Positions 11,082 through 19,782 of a DNA stretch of 64,000 nucleotides are shown here, one piece after another. The stretch is from the IMG/VR virus record IMGVR_UViG_3300044797_000101, positions 55,810 through 119,809 of that record; one strand, given 5' to 3'. The stretch comes from a virus. Position numbers and translations under genes: made by a program. The notes under the pieces were generated by a model. The model had not been told where the DNA came from. It made no database searches and saw only the letters and a list, made by a program, of their open reading frames with translations. Each line of letters starts with the position of its first letter. The stretch's first letter is position 1.

Positions 11082-11294
11082 TCATTCCTTTTGCTTACTT
11101 TTATATTCCAGATACTCAAGGTTCGACATCGGTCCAAAGAAGCAAAGGTTCAAGACTCTGCCATGCTCATCCTCTGCGGTTGGACAAACAACCCTCTCAG
11201 CATACTCACCAGTTGCAGACCAATCATCATGCACATCCTTAAGCTCATGACAATACCTACAAAGCTGCTCGTTGGAACTAAGATCGTTGTTCAT
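11082..11294 (-). CDS. NLxYLE-motif small protein
   Basis: CRYC..H; FGPMSNLEYLEY. Confidence 0.8.
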   Translation of the reverse strand: MNNDLSSNEQLCRYCHELKDVHDDWSATGEYAERVVCPTAEDEHGRVLNLCFFGPMSNLEYLEYKSKQKE

Positions 11295-11490
11295 CTTTAT
11301 ATTCCAAGTATTCCAGATTATCTATGATAGCACGATGACTAGTTACCAATGGTTCACCATACCAATCTACATCAAGACCTTGTTTCACATAATAATTACG
11401 ATCTGCACAGAAGAATACCTTATGGAATCTATTGCGCTGTCCACAAATGATGCAACGCTTATTTAGAACTTCTATGTGTTGATTCGACAT
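11278..11490 (-). CDS. NLxYLE-motif small protein
   Basis: CIICG..H..H; IIDNLEYLEY. Confidence 0.8.
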   Translation of the reverse strand: MSNQHIEVLNKRCIICGQRNRFHKVFFCADRNYYVKQGLDVDWYGEPLVTSHRAIIDNLEYLEYKDEQRS

Positions 11491-11794
11491 ATTTCCATTC
11501 TATATATTCTAAGTTGTTTACTTTACGAAATATATCACCATGAATCCTATGTTGGTACATCTCACCTTGTTTCACCACAGCAACAAGCTCCATCATCTTC
11601 AGTGGCATCTCACCATGAGTTAAAAGTATTGGATAGCATTTGGCATATTGATACATAACATGATCAGGTCCATAATTAATCAATACAACTTGAGTTTGTA
11701 TAATCTTTGAGTCACTGATTATAACAGTAACACTACCCTCTACCGCTGGACACTCTATATTATAAAGAGGACTTATTATTGAGCGTTCGTTCAC
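11459..11794 (-). CDS. NLxYLE-motif protein without Zn-finger pattern
   Basis: FRKVNNLEYIEW near C-terminus. Confidence 0.7.
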   Translation of the reverse strand: MNERSIISPLYNIECPAVEGSVTVIISDSKIIQTQVVLINYGPDHVMYQYAKCYPILLTHGEMPLKMMELVAVVKQGEMYQHRIHGDIFRKVNNLEYIEWKYVESTHRSSK

Positions 11795-11948
11795 TTTTTT
11801 CCTCTAAGTACTTAAGGTTATCTAGGATAAAGTTATGAAGCATAACCCATCCCATACAATTGTGGCATTTGCCTACTGTATTAGGATACAATCGATGGTT
11901 CCGCTTTGGATGACCACAAACCTTACAGTTTCGATCTAGTCGCTTCAT
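11760..11948 (-). CDS. NLxYLE-motif Zn-binding small protein
   Basis: CKVCGH..H..CHNC..H; FILDNLKYLEE. Confidence 0.8.
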   Translation of the reverse strand: MKRLDRNCKVCGHPKRNHRLYPNTVGKCHNCMGWVMLHNFILDNLKYLEEKSERTLNNKSSL

Positions 11949-12117
11949 ATTCTAGGTACGTTAAATTATCCATGGGTCTAAACATTGTGCAGCTCTCACA
12001 GATAAGACATTCACTATAAACCTTTGGTTGCGGCTGTAACGTTGCACACGTAGAGCACGAGTGAGGCAAATGCTCGAAGTCCCAACATCCACACTCACAA
12101 GGTATCTTGCTGCTCAT
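11923..12117 (-). CDS. NLxYLE-motif Cys-rich small protein
   Basis: CECGC..H..CSTC..CLICESC; FRPMDNLTYLEY. Confidence 0.8.
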   Translation of the reverse strand: MSSKIPCECGCWDFEHLPHSCSTCATLQPQPKVYSECLICESCTMFRPMDNLTYLEYEATRSKL

Positions 12118-12280
12118 TCTTATATTCCAAATACTCTAAATTATCCATCCATTCAATCTGATGTGATGAACCAATTGGCTTACTCTTCCTGCATTCTGAA
12201 CAAACATAAATAAGTCTAGCTACCCATGCTAATGTATGATAGGTAAAGAAATGCCCGCACTTACAAGGTCTTTTGATCAT
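12095..12280 (-). CDS. NLxYLE-motif Zn-binding small protein
   Basis: CKCGH..H..CSEC..H; MDNLEYLEY. Confidence 0.8.
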   Translation of the reverse strand: MIKRPCKCGHFFTYHTLAWVARLIYVCSECRKSKPIGSSHQIEWMDNLEYLEYKNEQQDTL

Positions 12281-12482
12281 TTAGAAACTCTAGATATTCT
12301 AAGTTACCAGCTGGCTGATAGGAAATCCATTCCCAATCCGAATCAGGTATGATGTTCCCGTTCTCTATCTCATGCTGCATCACTACAGATAGGTGATCGA
12401 ACTGACAAAGCCCTTCATAGGTTCCTTCTGTTCTATGATCCTTCTCAAGCATCCCGCAATTCTTACAGGGTCTTTCTGCCAC
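12261..12482 (-). CDS. NLxYLE-motif small protein
   Basis: CKNCG..H..C; YQPAGNLEYLEF. Confidence 0.8.
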   Translation of the reverse strand: MAERPCKNCGMLEKDHRTEGTYEGLCQFDHLSVVMQHEIENGNIIPDSDWEWISYQPAGNLEYLEFLNDQKTL

Positions 12483-12681
12483 AATGATCCTCTAAATACT
12501 TTAGGTTATCAGGTCGAAACTCACGACATCGACATGTTGTCGTCGTCTTATGAGTACCCGACCTTAATTGTTCTAATGTAATCACGCTATACAAGCAGCC
12601 GAACATAACGGAGTCCGGATCAAAGTTGTGGGTCTTCTCTTCATGCCCGCAAAGGCAATTAAATTTTATCTTTCTTTTCAC
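12463..12681 (-). CDS. NLxYLE-motif Zn-binding small protein
   Basis: CLCGH..H..C..CRC; FRPDNLKYLED. Confidence 0.8.
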   Translation of the reverse strand: MKRKIKFNCLCGHEEKTHNFDPDSVMFGCLYSVITLEQLRSGTHKTTTTCRCREFRPDNLKYLEDHCGRKTL

Positions 12682-12862
12682 TCAACTGCTCCAGATACTT
12701 CAGGTTATCGCTGCTCACCCATTCATTACACTTGCATCCATAAGATGAATGACTTGGTGATACAAACTCATTTGAGCACTGGTTTTCAGGACGTGAAATC
12801 CCAACATACATTGTATGCCAATGCTTACAATTCCTACATTGCCACCCTTTAAAGTCTACCAT
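12659..12862 (-). CDS. NLxYLE-motif Zn-binding small protein
   Basis: CRNCKHWH..C..CKC; SDNLKYLEQ; start moved to ATG 12862. Confidence 0.75.
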   Translation of the reverse strand: MVDFKGWQCRNCKHWHTMYVGISRPENQCSNEFVSPSHSSYGCKCNEWVSSDNLKYLEQLSEKKDKI

Positions 12863-13025
12863 ATGTTGCCAGATATTCCAAGTAAATAAGATTCGTGAAG
12901 TATTCACGCTCAAACCATATCTTTAATAGATTACCTTTTGTTGTATATATGGCAGAGTTATCTAGATAAAAATAAAGTTCTTTAGCTGTATGAATCGTAA
13001 ACTGCTCATCACAACGGCTACACAT
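12849..13025 (-). CDS. NLxYLE-motif small protein (58 aa, not in ORF track)
   Basis: Manual translation MCSRCDEQFTIH...YFTNLIYLEYLATYGRL. Confidence 0.75.
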   Translation of the reverse strand: MCSRCDEQFTIHTAKELYFYLDNSAIYTTKGNLLKIWFEREYFTNLIYLEYLATYGRL

Positions 13026-13392
13026 GACGATTTTGTTCCCATTCTAGGTATTCGAGGTTAGACATGATGGTCCAATCCTCATTGTAATCTTTAAGGAATA
13101 CTCCCTTTCCAAACTTAGCCTCAGGCTTTAATACTGGAATGGTCTTGAACTCCCACCACTCAGAACCATCATACTCATGACGTTCCATCCACCAATCATC
13201 ACCTACAACAACTAGTGAACCATTAACCTCTTGTCCGCCATACCCAGCATCGTATTCCTTATCCGCTATCTCTAGGAAGTAGTCAGGATGGATCTTAACG
13301 TTCCCATCTGAATGTCCTATCCATCGGACATCAGCCATGGTTTTATTATGGTGCGACATAAAGATGATCGTTTCTTCTTTAAGATTGCTCAT
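13018..13392 (-). CDS. conserved phage protein (YDxGYG...WxERxEYDGSEWW family) with appended NLxYLE motif
   Basis: YDAGYGGQEV...DWWMERHEYDGSEWWEF followed by MSNLEYLEW. Confidence 0.75.
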   Translation of the reverse strand: MSNLKEETIIFMSHHNKTMADVRWIGHSDGNVKIHPDYFLEIADKEYDAGYGGQEVNGSLVVVGDDWWMERHEYDGSEWWEFKTIPVLKPEAKFGKGVFLKDYNEDWTIMSNLEYLEWEQNRHV

Positions 13393-13687
13393 GTGCTTTC
13401 CATTCGAGGTACTCAAGATTGTTTGTAAAGAATGGGTGATTCATAATCGTACGATTTGCGCCATCCTTATGCTGATGCTCACTTACCTTACAGAATGAAC
13501 AGATACGTTCCTCAAACTTTAATGTAACAACTCCAGCTGGATAATATACCGCCATCCCAATATCCTCATAGACAGAGAAGGTATCAGTTGCAACGCCAAT
13601 GATAGGATCTGTTTCATTAATAGCTTTAATAACCTGTCCTTGCTGATTGACAGTTATCAAATCACCTTTATTTATTCGATCGTTCAT
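13379..13687 (-). CDS. NLxYLE-motif protein: beta-rich N-domain plus CxxC/H/H finger
   Basis: GDLITVNQQGQVIKA..IIGVA + CSFC..H..HPFFTNNLEYLEW. Confidence 0.75.
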   Translation of the reverse strand: MNDRINKGDLITVNQQGQVIKAINETDPIIGVATDTFSVYEDIGMAVYYPAGVVTLKFEERICSFCKVSEHQHKDGANRTIMNHPFFTNNLEYLEWKAHEQS

Positions 13688-13919
13688 ATTCCCACTCAAG
13701 CATCTCTAGATTGTTCCTAAAGAATGGATGTTGCTCTTCTCCCTCGTGACCATGCTCATAGTTTGTTACACCACATTTAGCGCATGTGATAGAACTTACA
13801 AAAAGACTATTTGTATTCATGAATCTATTTAACTCAGCGATTATCTTCTCTTGTTCAGCTGTCCACTTAGCAACTTCGTCAGACAGATAGATGAGAGGTT
13901 TAAGATCGTTGTCGAACAT
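13668..13919 (-). CDS. NLxYLE-motif small protein
   Basis: CAKCG..H..HPFFRNNLEMLEW. Confidence 0.8.
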   Translation of the reverse strand: MFDNDLKPLIYLSDEVAKWTAEQEKIIAELNRFMNTNSLFVSSITCAKCGVTNYEHGHEGEEQHPFFRNNLEMLEWEYERSNK

Positions 13920-14088
13920 ACATCCTCTCTAAATACTCTAAGTTATTAAAGATACCATCTAAACACTTACAGCGCTTGGTCGCACACTGTTGATGCTCAT
14001 ACTTAAAGCTACCATCAGCACAATACTCCAAGATGCTCATGAAGTGAACGTGCTTACAAATCAAGCAAGGCTTATTCTCTGGTAGCAC
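13900..14088 (-). CDS. NLxYLE-motif Zn-binding small protein
   Basis: CLICKHVH..C..CKC; FNNLEYLER. Confidence 0.8.
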   Translation of the reverse strand: MLPENKPCLICKHVHFMSILEYCADGSFKYEHQQCATKRCKCLDGIFNNLEYLERMYVRQRS

Positions 14089-14287
14089 TTTTCCACTCCA
14101 GAAACTCTAAGTTATTAGAGATAAACGGATGAGCCGTGAATCCCTCATTGTGAGACCATTCAGCTGCTTTACAATACTGACAATAGGCAATCTGATTATC
14201 ATGAGGTATCGGTGCCCAACCATGTCCTGTATAAACCATCGTGACATTAGCTTCAATGTCATAGATGAGCTCACCGATCTGACTCAC
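14072..14287 (-). CDS. NLxYLE-motif small protein
   Basis: CQYC..H..HPFISNNLEFLEW. Confidence 0.8.
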   Translation of the reverse strand: MSQIGELIYDIEANVTMVYTGHGWAPIPHDNQIAYCQYCKAAEWSHNEGFTAHPFISNNLEFLEWKSATRE

Positions 14288-14419
14288 TTGTGCTCACCAA
14301 CTGATAGCGTACAATTACAAATAGCTTTATGCTGCTCAAGCTCTTTATTAACCTTCTTGAGCTCTGCTTCTAGAAAACCTATGTTATGCCAAAGCTCAGC
14401 AGGACAAGGTTCTTTACAA

Positions 14420-14833
14420 TTATCCCCGTGTGTTCTTATCATATTCTTTCCTTTTCAAATAGTCTTTGATATAGCTTTTCAGTGTACATAGATGATCAAG
14501 ATAACTGAGACCGTCAATCTTACCTTCTTTGCCCAGCTTACGTATCATAGCGATAGCATTGTCACAATGCTTCTTCTCTGGGAAATCAATCTGCTCAACC
14601 ATGAATACCCAGTTGCCACTCACCGTCTCATCTGTCTTATACGCATCACAAAGTGTAAGGTGATTGTGGTGCTCAACGAATAGAAGACCTGGCAACCAAG
14701 TCTGGTTATCCTTAACATGAGGTGTAATCCTGTAAACGATATGACCATTGACACTTCCAAACTTACCTACTGGAAGCTCATGAATCCTAATGAGACCTGG
14801 TTTATTAACCCACTTAGGCTTTAGCGTTGCCAC
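14420..14833 (-). CDS. hypothetical protein, degenerate motif (DGLSYLD)
   Basis: ORF within array, overlaps neighbours. Confidence 0.6.
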   Translation of the reverse strand: MATLKPKWVNKPGLIRIHELPVGKFGSVNGHIVYRITPHVKDNQTWLPGLLFVEHHNHLTLCDAYKTDETVSGNWVFMVEQIDFPEKKHCDNAIAMIRKLGKEGKIDGLSYLDHLCTLKSYIKDYLKRKEYDKNTRG

Positions 14834-15005
14834 TTAGTTCCTTTATAGCATGTAAGCATTCTAGATACAAGAGGTTATCTCCATTTGAACTTCGTATGGT
14901 CCACGCAGTGAATTCTAATAGCCTAAGCTTCTCAGGTATAGGCATTTCAAGCTTGTTGATGACCATGCTTACAAAACTAGCGGAGATTATTTCTTGTTGG
15001 GACAT
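14814..15005 (-). CDS. NLxYLE-motif helical small protein
   Basis: GDNLLYLEC; no Zn finger. Confidence 0.7.
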   Translation of the reverse strand: MSQQEIISASFVSMVINKLEMPIPEKLRLLEFTAWTIRSSNGDNLLYLECLHAIKELSGNAKA

Positions 15006-15168
15006 TGATCAAGCTCATCTGGTATTCCCATTCTAATAGCTCAAGGTTATTCATAGGGATAAACCTATTACATCCTGTTGTATCAGGCATATTCTCCCAA
15101 TCCAATAGGATATATAGATGAGCCTCGTAAGTATCCTTACATGTCATGCATCGTTTATCTTTGTTCAT
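14977..15168 (-). CDS. NLxYLE-motif small protein
   Basis: CMTC..H..C; FIPMNNLELLEW. Confidence 0.75.
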   Translation of the reverse strand: MNKDKRCMTCKDTYEAHLYILLDWENMPDTTGCNRFIPMNNLELLEWEYQMSLINVPTRNNLR

Positions 15169-15307
15169 TTAAATACTCCAGATACTCTAGATTATCCATC
15201 GCTTCAAAGTGTATCATCTCACCATTACAATAATAATCTCCTGCCCAACCATCATCGTAATCGTGTTCATCCTTCAGCTTCTTACAATGCTTACAGACGT
15301 TGAGCAT
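15155..15307 (-). CDS. NLxYLE-motif small protein (50 aa, not in ORF track)
   Basis: Manual translation MLNVCKHCKKLKDEH...C...FEAMDNLEYLEYLNEQR. Confidence 0.8.
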   Translation of the reverse strand: MLNVCKHCKKLKDEHDYDDGWAGDYYCNGEMIHFEAMDNLEYLEYLNEQR

Positions 15308-15485
15308 CGCTCTTCCATTCTAAGAATTCTAAGTTGTCCATTGGCATATACTGATCACAAGGACATTGCCCATATTCGCTATACACACACCAACCACGAA
15401 AATCCTCATCAAGTTCCATATCATCGTTACAGAAGATCTTATGATCTTCTTTCTTGTGGAAGCAATTACAAGGAAGCTCGGCCAT
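15291..15485 (-). CDS. NLxYLE-motif Zn-binding small protein
   Basis: CNCFH..H..C..CPC; YMPMDNLEFLEW. Confidence 0.8.
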   Translation of the reverse strand: MAELPCNCFHKKEDHKIFCNDDMELDEDFRGWCVYSEYGQCPCDQYMPMDNLEFLEWKSDAQRL

Positions 15486-15678
15486 TCTTCTTTGCCTCTA
15501 AGATCTCTAATAACCTAAGGTTATCCTTTATAAATATACCACATACGATGTTAACTCCATAGGTATTTAAATGACTGCGTGTTTTATAGCATTCCCAACA
15601 GACACCACCATTAAGATCACCATACCCTACAAGGTGATTTGTCTTTACATGGCCACACTTACAGATGCTCTTACTCAC
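15466..15678 (-). CDS. NLxYLE-motif Zn-binding small protein
   Basis: CKCGH..H..CWEC..C; FIKDNLRLLEI. Confidence 0.8.
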   Translation of the reverse strand: MSKSICKCGHVKTNHLVGYGDLNGGVCWECYKTRSHLNTYGVNIVCGIFIKDNLRLLEILEAKKNGRASL

Positions 15679-15910
15679 TAGCTTTCTGCTCTAAGAACTG
15701 AAGGTTATCTACTGATTGAAACGCCTCAATGTGATTAGGCACGATCCACACATCTCCATACTTCTTATCATGAAAGCTATAATGAGGAGAATTAGAATTT
15801 TGATCTGTCCAATTAAATGTTCCTTCAAAGATATTACCAGACTTCATAAACAACCGGAAAAACACGTTAGGTTTCCCATCCATCTTTTGTCTTAATTCAT
15901 AGAGATACAT
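15671..15910 (-). CDS. beta-rich (Sm-like?) protein with appended NLxYLE motif
   Basis: No Cys; FMKSGNIFEGTF...HIEAF then VDNLQFLEQ. Confidence 0.7.
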   Translation of the reverse strand: MYLYELRQKMDGKPNVFFRLFMKSGNIFEGTFNWTDQNSNSPHYSFHDKKYGDVWIVPNHIEAFQSVDNLQFLEQKASE

Positions 15911-16152
15911 TACTTGCTTTTCTCCTCTAAATACCTCAAGTTGTCTAGCTTAAACAATAGACAAGGACATTCATTATAATCTATCTTATAGTTCTCGGCC
16001 ACGTTCTTATACCAGCTACACTTTGTAAAGACCTTCACCTTGATGATCGTTACAACCTCTTGCTTAAAGCGAAGATCATACTCTGTTTGCTCATTCTCAT
16101 GGAATGAAGCAGTGTGTCCACACGTACAAGGATCTTCAAGCTCTGTCTTCAT
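15910..16152 (-). CDS. NLxYLE-motif Zn-binding small protein
   Basis: CTCGH..H..C..CPC; FKLDNLRYLEE. Confidence 0.8.
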   Translation of the reverse strand: MKTELEDPCTCGHTASFHENEQTEYDLRFKQEVVTIIKVKVFTKCSWYKNVAENYKIDYNECPCLLFKLDNLRYLEEKSK

Positions 16153-16337
16153 TTGCTCAATCTCTCTAGGTGCCTCAGGTTATTAGGCTTAAACTTATGC
16201 CATGGATAATAGCAACTGCTATCTGGTTCATTCCTGCTTATATAACAATCCCCACAATAATCCGTATACTTAGGATGTGCTGCTTGTACATGACGTTTCC
16301 TTGTATGACCGCAATCACACGTAAAGCTATTGGACAT
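16149..16337 (-). CDS. NLxYLE-motif Zn-binding small protein
   Basis: CDCGH..H..CGDC..H; FKPNNLRHLER; start at ATG 16337. Confidence 0.75.
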   Translation of the reverse strand: MSNSFTCDCGHTRKRHVQAAHPKYTDYCGDCYISRNEPDSSCYYPWHKFKPNNLRHLERLSK

Positions 16338-16521
16338 GCTCTGCTCTACCTTCCAATACACAGATAAATCCTTCTGTCCACCACCAAAGTATAAACAACC
16401 AGACAACTGGCAGCAGAACAACTGCTAGTAGGATTATACCAGATACGAATGCTAAAGTAAAGAACAATGTTCCAATGGCTATCAAGATCTTCTTAAACAT
16501 AATACTCAGGCTCCCTTTCAC
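16327..16521 (-). CDS. small membrane protein
   Basis: Long hydrophobic stretch. Confidence 0.55.
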   Translation of the reverse strand: MKGSLSIMFKKILIAIGTLFFTLAFVSGIILLAVVLLPVVWLFILWWWTEGFICVLEGRAEHVQ

Positions 16522-16819
16522 TCTTTTCTAATAACTCTAGGTATTCTAGGTTGTTCATCCTATAAACTGTACATGGACATCTACTACTGAAATCAGCTGT
16601 AAAATCATGGCATCTTTGCGGGTAGTCTGGATTGCTTCCAATACGTGAAGTATGATACCAACGTCTATGACCACACAGACACGAAACCTTATCTAGTAAA
16701 AGATCATGCTTACGTTTCTCATGCTTCTTGAAATCCTTATACAGCATTATACTACTGATTATAAGATACCCAATAGCAAACGCAACTGCACCACCAAGTA
16801 TATAGATATTCTTATCCAT
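16493..16819 (-). CDS. membrane-anchored NLxYLE-motif Zn-binding protein
   Basis: N-terminal TM + CLCGH..H..C..CPC; YRMNNLEYLEL. Confidence 0.8.
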   Translation of the reverse strand: MDKNIYILGGAVAFAIGYLIISSIMLYKDFKKHEKRKHDLLLDKVSCLCGHRRWYHTSRIGSNPDYPQRCHDFTADFSSRCPCTVYRMNNLEYLELLEKSEREPEYYV

Positions 16820-17069
16820 GAAGTAAACTCTCTAACCACTTTAGGTTATCCTGCTTGAACATTCTACACTTACAAAACACTGCATTGCAATCTGTAAAGA
16901 TGAACTCCTTAGTGAGTGTCATGAGATTCTCTTGCATATATCTGTGATGTTTATAAGCAGAGTGTTCGCACACACAATGCTTCCTCAAGATCTCAAAGAT
17001 AAGCTCTTTTACATTAGAAGCTCTTACCAACTTCTCCCATGGAATACAATAAGTCTCAGGGGTTAGCAT
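16812..17069 (-). CDS. NLxYLE-motif Zn-binding small protein
   Basis: CVCEH..H..C..CKC; FKQDNLKWLES. Confidence 0.8.
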   Translation of the reverse strand: MLTPETYCIPWEKLVRASNVKELIFEILRKHCVCEHSAYKHHRYMQENLMTLTKEFIFTDCNAVFCKCRMFKQDNLKWLESLLHG

Positions 17070-17241
17070 GGGCTTTCTTCTCTAAATAATCCAGGTTGTC
17101 TTGCTTGTAGGCAAGGCATTGACACACAGAGATTCGCATCAGGTGTGTCATGCAATGGTCTTGATAGTCGTCACCATCGTGCTGACGCTTCAGATGACCA
17201 CAGATGCAGAGATAGTTAAGGTCTTCGCGCAGTCTTCTCAT
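17056..17241 (-). CDS. NLxYLE-motif Zn-binding small protein
   Basis: CICGH..H..C..CQC; YKQDNLDYLEK. Confidence 0.8.
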   Translation of the reverse strand: MRRLREDLNYLCICGHLKRQHDGDDYQDHCMTHLMRISVCQCLAYKQDNLDYLEKKAHANP

Positions 17242-17410
17242 CAGCTAAGTCCTCTAATAGACGTAGATTATCTTGACTATATCCAGAACAGTTGCAATGG
17301 TTTCCTTCTCTCTCAAACCTGAAATAACAATCCTGATACCAATTGCCATCAGCTGCAATGTGGTGGTAAGCGATATGTCCGCAGACACATTTGGTATATG
17401 GATTAGGCAT
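17216..17410 (-). CDS. NLxYLE-motif Zn-binding small protein
   Basis: CVCGH..H..C..CNC; YSQDNLRLLED. Confidence 0.8.
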   Translation of the reverse strand: MPNPYTKCVCGHIAYHHIAADGNWYQDCYFRFEREGNHCNCSGYSQDNLRLLEDLADEKTARRP

Positions 17411-18308
17411 TTGGTGGAGGAACTGGCGGGGTTGGATTCTTCCTCAAGATCTTGCTATGCCTAAAGAACCGTTCGATATGGTACTTAGCATAGTTGTAAC
17501 TATCCTTGAAGACCGATTTAGCGAGTGCACGGTTGGGATTGAATATGTCCACAGGTTGAGTAAGACCTGGAGCTAAGTAGATAAGCTTTGTCTTGCCAAC
17601 CTTCTTGGGCCATATCTCCTTCTCAGTGATACTCATACTGCGACGTACGATCTCTAGGATAGGAAAGATATCATCCTCTAGATAACTATTATCATCCGTT
17701 GTCTGCTCGTAGCTTAGGTTGGACACGATAATATAATCTAGATCAGGATGAACGTTAAGCAATGCTTTAGGGAGCTCATCCTTAAGCATTGCGCCATCGA
17801 TATAGTATTGCCCATCAATTAGCTTAGGCATGAACATTACAGGGATTGCCGCTGAAGCTCTGCACTTCTCTGAAATCTTACCTGTATTGAATAGACGAAG
17901 CTTATAGGTTTTGAGGTCGGTTGCTGATACATAGAAGGGAATCTCTGTCTTACTGAAATCGTCCTTATCCGCAAGACGATCAGCGACATACTGCTCAAGC
18001 TTCTCACCCTTAATAAACCCCTTGAAATTCTTAGCCTTATTTACAATGAACTCTTTTAAGATATCGAAGCGTGAAACCTTATCGAGGAATTGGTCCGCTG
18101 TTAATGTGAGCATGTGGTGAAGCATAACCTGATCGTTAAGTCCTGCTGCCATGAATGAACCAATGATTGAACCCGCTGAAGCTCCTAAGATAACCTTCGG
18201 CTTGATACCTAAATCCCTAATAGCCTTAACAACACCCGTGTGCGCGTAAATCCCCTTAAGACTTCCACCAATTAAGATCAATCCAATCTTTGGCTGGTTC
18301 TCTTCCAT
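17403..18308 (-). CDS. patatin-like phospholipase
   Basis: GGSLKG oxyanion loop, GASAG nucleophile, ASAAIP, DGA catalytic Asp. Confidence 0.9.
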   Translation of the reverse strand: MEENQPKIGLILIGGSLKGIYAHTGVVKAIRDLGIKPKVILGASAGSIIGSFMAAGLNDQVMLHHMLTLTADQFLDKVSRFDILKEFIVNKAKNFKGFIKGEKLEQYVADRLADKDDFSKTEIPFYVSATDLKTYKLRLFNTGKISEKCRASAAIPVMFMPKLIDGQYYIDGAMLKDELPKALLNVHPDLDYIIVSNLSYEQTTDDNSYLEDDIFPILEIVRRSMSITEKEIWPKKVGKTKLIYLAPGLTQPVDIFNPNRALAKSVFKDSYNYAKYHIERFFRHSKILRKNPTPPVPPPNA

Positions 18309-18323
18309 ATTTATTTCCCTTTA

Positions 18324-18332
18324 ATTATAACA
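18324..18332 (-). promoter_or_regulatory. extended -10 promoter upstream of patatin and the main array
   Basis: TGTTATAAT in AT-rich intergenic gap; no good -35. Confidence 0.55.
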
Positions 18333-18349
18333 TGTAAAAAAACTATTTT

Positions 18350-18580
18350 TTATCTAAAGAATCCAAGACGATCCAAATGACTGTAAGTTAAGATCGCAGC
18401 TGTTACCCCTGAAACTGCAGATAGAGCGAAATAGAAGATCTCTAATGCTGTCTGGTTGTGATCAATGGCAGCTTGCCATCGCACTGCAGCATACCAAGAC
18501 AATAAGCCACAAGCTACTGGAACAACGATAGCCAAGTGAAGCTTCGCCCAACTCGTAACCTCTTTAGTATCTATTACCAT
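18350..18580 (-). CDS. small two-TM membrane protein
   Basis: Two hydrophobic helices; AGGAG SD. Confidence 0.6.
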   Translation of the reverse strand: MVIDTKEVTSWAKLHLAIVVPVACGLLSWYAAVRWQAAIDHNQTALEIFYFALSAVSGVTAAILTYSHLDRLGFFR

Positions 18581-18791
18581 AATATCTCCTATCCTTCTGT
18601 ATTAAACGGCCGACGCCAAGATGATAGCGCATCTTCTGCGATAATTCCCATTGCTTTGTTTATTACACTTCTTACCCACCAAAATTTAGCCTTCCCCTGC
18701 GCTTTCCTATTTATAGACTTCCACGGTTTAACTACTTCATAAATTATATCATGATTCTCATAGCATTGACCAACCTTAATTTTAGGTTTCT

Positions 18792-19088
18792 TCATCGTGA
18801 TAGACGCTCCAAGTATTTAAGATTATCTCGTTTAAATCCTTTACACATACAGTCATCTAGTACACATTCGACTCTATTCTGAATGTTCCACATAGCTGTC
18901 ATTAACGCTTGACTGCGACTAAAAAAAGATCCATCATAAAATGTATAACCAATGACTCGTTTAGAAGCATTCCGCACTATCTTACAATTGTTAGCTCTTA
19001 CCCTAATAACACGAGCTAATAACTCATTGGGAGTCTCATACATTGCATGGTATTTATTTAAATGCCCACAAATACACGGTATATTCAT
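18792..19088 (-). CDS. NLxYLE-motif Zn-binding protein
   Basis: CICGH..H [long insert] C..CMC; FKRDNLKYLER. Confidence 0.8.
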   Translation of the reverse strand: MNIPCICGHLNKYHAMYETPNELLARVIRVRANNCKIVRNASKRVIGYTFYDGSFFSRSQALMTAMWNIQNRVECVLDDCMCKGFKRDNLKYLERLSR

Positions 19089-19255
19089 GCTCGTTCCTTT
19101 ACTTTACTCTTATACTCTAAATATAACAGATTATCCTCTGGAATGAAGAGGTAACATCCACACGCTAGATTATGCATCCAACATGTATCCATGATCTTCA
19201 AGGATAACATCAGATGATGGTGCTTACAATTCCGACATTTATTAATCTCACTCAT
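19085..19255 (-). CDS. NLxYLE-motif Zn-binding small protein
   Basis: CRNCKHHH..C..CGC; FIPEDNLLYLEY. Confidence 0.75.
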   Translation of the reverse strand: MSEINKCRNCKHHHLMLSLKIMDTCWMHNLACGCYLFIPEDNLLYLEYKSKVKERA

Positions 19256-19548
19256 ATAATCTCTATCCAAATCTCCAAGTGCATTCTGTAAGTCATATCG
19301 ATCTGTTAGGCTCTATCTAATTCTACCATGTTAGGAGTGATATAACAAGTAATTAACAATCCCTAATAGTAGGTAAGTATCATGATAGCCTGGCATACGC
19401 TTATCTACTAGTCTAGCACGTAGCTGCACCAATCCTAGATAAGTATCATCCACAGCTGTCCAGCTTCTCTACAAATTCTCGGCCACAACACTCACAGACG
19501 AAGACATCCTCTCTATCTATCGTATGAGAGTAGGTGATCTTCTCGTGC

Positions 19549-19782
19549 TTAGTCTTGGTGATGCACACGTGCTTTGTCCTCTAAGAATCTTAGGTTGTCT
19601 TGTCTATAATTGGTACAGATGTTTCCATACACGGTAAGCATATTAAACATTGCTGCTTGAAGGCGAGCCTTCTCATTATAAATCCCATCCATTGCTTCAT
19701 CTACGGATTGTCCTACAAACTTATCTAGCATAGCAATGTAGTGATCATCCTTAGGAATCCCACAGAGGCAATACTCAGTCAT
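19549..19782 (-). CDS. NLxYLE-motif small protein
   Basis: CLCG..H..C; YRQDNLRFLED. Confidence 0.8.
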   Translation of the reverse strand: MTEYCLCGIPKDDHYIAMLDKFVGQSVDEAMDGIYNEKARLQAAMFNMLTVYGNICTNYRQDNLRFLEDKARVHHQD

